From the NCBI GenBank assembly GCA_964234715.1, contig OZ174280.1: DNA of 64,000 bases, one strand, 5' to 3'. The DNA is from Podarcis melisellensis (taxonomy: Eukaryota). The notes beneath the pieces are model-generated. The model saw only the letters and a list, made by a program, of their open reading frames with translations. It was not told the DNA's origin and made no database searches. Shown piece by piece: positions 60,701 to 64,000 of the stretch (its first letter is position 1; each line of letters opens with the position of its first letter). Position numbers and translations under genes: made by a program.

Positions 60701-61342
60701 GAGCATCCACCAGCTCCAGTGATCTGCAGTGTTGTATTCGGCAACCAGCCACAAACCTTCATCCCCTAGCAAATAAGCACGGTTGTTAGGAACGCTCTCT
60801 TTTTACACTTGATATGGATCACTGAAGAATCCATCCAGCCATTGGGCAACGGATTCACACATCCCTACTATGGCCAGTATTAGCTCAGATACATATGGGG
60901 TCCATTTTGCAAGCTTTCTTAGAGATCAGTTGGGTGGCAAGTTCTGACTCCTATGTTACTGATGTGCTTCATCTGTCGTCATCCCCCCCCCCCGCCACCC
61001 TCCAGCTTTATTTAAAGGGAATTTATTATCATTGTTTGGGCCAGTGATTGGGTGGTGCCTTTACTTCTCGACAAGAGATTCCTTTGGATTATTTCTTTTG
61101 GGGGAATGTATTTCCCATTCTGTGTCTTGCAAAGCACTGTCTGCAAACAAATTGCGATTCTATTTATTTAGGGAAGTAAATATTTTGTACAGTTTATGTG
61201 CAGGGGGTATTAAAATTTATTAAGGAGTGGAAACCTTTAAAAAAAAGTATATGTGTTTGTTTCTTAAATTAACGGATGCCAAGTTTATTATTAAACAATT
61301 TGTAGTTAAAACAATTTAACTACAATGTCTCTAAGCGGTATA

Positions 61343-61544
61343 CAGTCATACCTCGGGTTGAAGCAGCTTCGGGTTGAGCTTTTTCAGGTTACGCTCTGCG
61401 GCGACCCAGAAGTAACGCTCAAAATGACGTCATGCGCAGAAGTGGCGAGTTGCAACCCGCAGATGTGCAGACACGGGTTGCGTTTGCTTCAGGATGCGAA
61501 CGGGGCTCCGGAACAGATCCTGTTCACATCCAGAGGTACCACTG
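61343..61544. mobile_element. Tigger-like MITE (inverse orientation to 46663 copy)
   Basis: CAGTCATACCTC / GAGGTACCACTG ends, TA TSD. Confidence 0.85.
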
Positions 61545-61569
61545 TACAAGAAATAAAATACAGAAAAGG

Positions 61570-62170
61570 TGAAAATCAGTTAAAACTATAAAATCTGACT
61601 TCAGCCAAAATGCCTGCTGGTAAAACGATATAAAATAGACACTGGATGACCTCAACTGGAAGAGAGCTCTACAAAATTGGGTCCATGTGGTAGATACAAA
61701 CTATGTACCCGAGTCATTGAGGACCACTAACAGTGACTCCCCCAAAGACCTCAGTGATCAGGCAGGGATATAAGGGATTAGTTGGTCCTTGAGGCACCCT
61801 GGACCCAAGTTGTTAAGGACCTTATAAATTCATACAAGAATATTGAACCTGGCCTAGTAGCATATGGGCAACCAGTGCAAGCTTTTGAGCACTGCTGACA
61901 ATAGTATTTCCCCATCAACAGTTTAGCTGCAGCATTTGGTGCCAATTAGAGCCTCTGGACCAGGCCCAAGAGTAGACCCTCCTGGAGCACATGGACATAA
62001 TCAAGTCCTGAGTTACTAATGTGTGAATCACTGTGGCTGCACTACCCTTTTCCAAGAATGGCTGTCGTTGATGCACAAACTGCAGTTGGTAAAAGGCACT
62101 AGAATGGACCCAGAAACATCCTGAAAATCGTAAGCCTGTTCTTTCAGTGAGAGTGCAACCCCATTCAGAA
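61570..62170 (-). mobile_element. Old L2 fragment
   Basis: Decayed YQLQFVHQRQPFLEKGSAATVIHTLVT resembles L2 YQLHLVRRLRPYL..LARVVHALVIS. Confidence 0.65.
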
Positions 62171-62279
62171 CAGACTAATACCCTTGTGGTGGAAAGAAAG
62201 GTTACGCTCCAGCCGTACACATCCATGCATAAGAAATGGAAGAAAGGGGAAATTGTGAAGAAAGAGTATACATGAGTAG

Positions 62280-62895
62280 CCAGCAGTTGCAGGGTGAAGG
62301 TCAGGTGGGCTGAAGCTCAGAATGAGAGAGGTTAAAAATAATATTACAGGCTTATTCAGCTATGTTTGAAGCAAGACGAAGAACGTGCAAGTAGGTGCTC
62401 TGCATGGAGAAGGAGAAATGCTATTGGGTGACAGATGGCAGAACTGCTCAACGTCTATTTGACTCTGTCTTCACCCAAAAGGAAAGCAGTGCCCATGCTT
62501 GGGATAACAGAATAAACTACGCAAGGAGGGAGATGATGCCCAAGATAGAAAAAGAGGGAGTATGAGAACACCTAACAACTTTAAACGAATTCAGATCTCC
62601 AGGGCCTGGTGAGCTGCACCCAAGGGTACTAAAGGATCTTGCAGATGTAATCTCAGATCTTTGAGAATTATAGGAGAACAGGTGAGCTCCCTGGGGACTG
62701 TTCTCCCCATCTTCAAAAAGGGGGAAAAAGAAGATCCAGGTAACTACCAACTTATAGCTTGACGTCAATACCAGGAAGGGTCCTAGAACAGTTGGTCTTT
62801 AAGCACTTAGAAAAGGATGCTGTGATTACTAAGCCCCAGCATGGGTTTCCTCCAAAACAAGCCATGCCAGACAGCTCTACAATTCTATGATTCTG
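62280..62895 (+). mobile_element. Degraded CR1 RT fragment
   Basis: Decayed KSPGPDELHPRVLKELADVIS / PIFKKGKKEDPGNY-like sequence with indels. Confidence 0.75.
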
Positions 62896-63029
62896 CAAGC
62901 CTTCATCCAGGTAAGTTGGAGAATTACACAGTTCAAAGATGCATTCCAGCCAGGCAAAGATGCTCAAGGAAGTCACTGAGCAGGGGCAGTGAAAGATGTG
63001 GACTACGGAGAAAAAGAAATGGCCCAGAG

Positions 63030-63165
63030 CAGGCATCCCCAATCTTCAGCCCTCCAGATGTTTTGGACTACAATTCCTATCACCCCTGACCACTGGTCCT
63101 GTTAGCTAGGGATCATGGGAGTTGTAGGCCAAAACATCTGGAGGGCCGCAGGTTGGGGATGCCTG
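63030..63165. mobile_element. hAT palindromic MITE
   Basis: CAGGCATCCCCAA / TTGGGGATGCCTG; TSD GCCCAGAG/GCCTAGAG. Confidence 0.9.
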
Positions 63166-63585
63166 GCCTAGAGAGAGCCACAAATTGGCCCACATGCCAG
63201 AAGCTCCCCACCACTGGTATAAACACACACGTGAAACACTGAGCTCAGTATTTTCTTTGCTAAAGCTTCTATATGGAATTCCATTAATATTACCCATCAC
63301 TGAATATTCGTGCCTGGGAGGGGGGGAACCACCCACTGATTGCTGCCTGTCACGTCAGAAAGGCAAAAGTGTACGCAATAGGAAGTAGAAGATATCAAAA
63401 TAGGTTTGCCTCAATAAAACAACCTTTGGCCTCTCTTAACAAATAACCAGAATTTGCTAAGGCAAGGATGGTGAATTCTTTTTCTTCCTGAGATTTTATA
63501 TTAACCTAATTTCTACTGCAACACTGAATGAAGAAAGAAGTTGAGGGACCATCCTTTGAGGCTATTTCTGAATTTGCAAATATAA

Positions 63586-64000
63586 AATCATAGAATGGTA
63601 AGAGTTGGATGGGGCTCTGAGGGTCATCTAAGTTCAACTCCCTGCAATGCAGGAAGCTCAACTAAAGAACCCATGACAGATGGCCATCCAACCTCTGCTT
63701 AAAAACCTCCAAGGAAGGAGAGCCCACAATCTCCATTCCACTGCTGAACATCTCTTACTGTCAGAAAGTTCTTCCTGATGTTTAGTCAGAATCTCCTTTC
63801 TTTCTTATAACTTGAATCCATTGGTTAAAGTTCTACACTCCAGAGCAGAAGAAAACCAGCTTGTTCCATGTGACAGCCCTTTAGATATCTCAAGATGGCT
63901 ATCAGATCTGCTCTCAGTCTCTGTTTTTCCAGGTTAAACATACTCAGCTCCCTCAACTGTTCCTCATAAGGCTTGGTTTCCAGACCCTTGATCATCTTGG
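63586..64000 (-). mobile_element. CR1 3' end (runs past window edge)
   Basis: ATCATAGAAT..AGAGTTGGA tail in reverse; CTTACTGTCAGAAAGTTCTTCCTGATGTTTAG matches the CR1 at 7.9 kb in reverse. Confidence 0.85.

Larger units (their letters stand above)
12300..61300 (+). other. SLC45A3: SLC45A3 gene span (both ends approximate): exon 1, ~36.5-kb intron 1, four coding exons, long 3' UTR
   Basis: Four spliced exons give a 565-aa prostein-like protein. The CpG island with ATTTAAAAGGCGGC and a donor at 12406/7 resembles the start of the human mRNA as I recall it. The 3' end is inferred from ATTAAA motifs. Confidence 0.75.
57074..61300 (+). other. SLC45A3: Putative long 3' UTR; candidate polyA signals ATTAAA 61209-61214 and 61290-61295
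   Basis: Mostly unique sequence after the stop, ending in an AU-rich block (TATTTATTT, TATTTTGTAC) followed by ATTAAA and a GT-rich tract. Earlier AATAAA hexamers exist, so the end is uncertain. Confidence 0.4.

Noticed and set aside
1-64000. NUCKS1 or ELK4 exons, viral inserts, CRISPR-like arrays
   Set aside because: None recognised; neighbouring genes appear to lie outside the window.

Overview
Vertebrate genomic DNA, almost certainly from a squamate and probably a lacertid lizard, judged from Sauria SINEs, tRNA-Lys/CR1 POMSINE-like elements, BovB and young L2/CR1 LINEs. The window holds one protein-coding gene on the + strand, SLC45A3 (prostein, an MFS sugar:H+ symporter-family protein). 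Its structure is a CpG-island promoter and 5' exon 1 (~12300-12406), a ~36.5-kb intron 1, four coding exons (49211-49382, 50321-51145, 54160-54425, 56639-57073; 1698 nt, 565 aa) and probably a long 3' UTR to ~61.3 kb. The rest is TE-rich. It includes an antisense L2 with an uninterrupted endonuclease+RT ORF, a 5'-truncated BovB with an intact RT frame, CR1 pieces, three Sauria SINEs, CORE/tRNA SINEs, and many hAT and Tigger-like MITEs with recognisable TSDs. There is also a Penelope-derived insert with a decayed hammerhead-ribozyme core and a 42-nt U2 snRNA retrocopy. I found no clearly new protein system. The best leads are regulatory: a uORF-laden leader spliced across intron 1, several acceptor-microexon-donor or recursive-type sites in that intron (one carried by a DNA transposon), two enhancer-like islands and a CTCF site. 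Family names come from recognition and memory, not from a database search.
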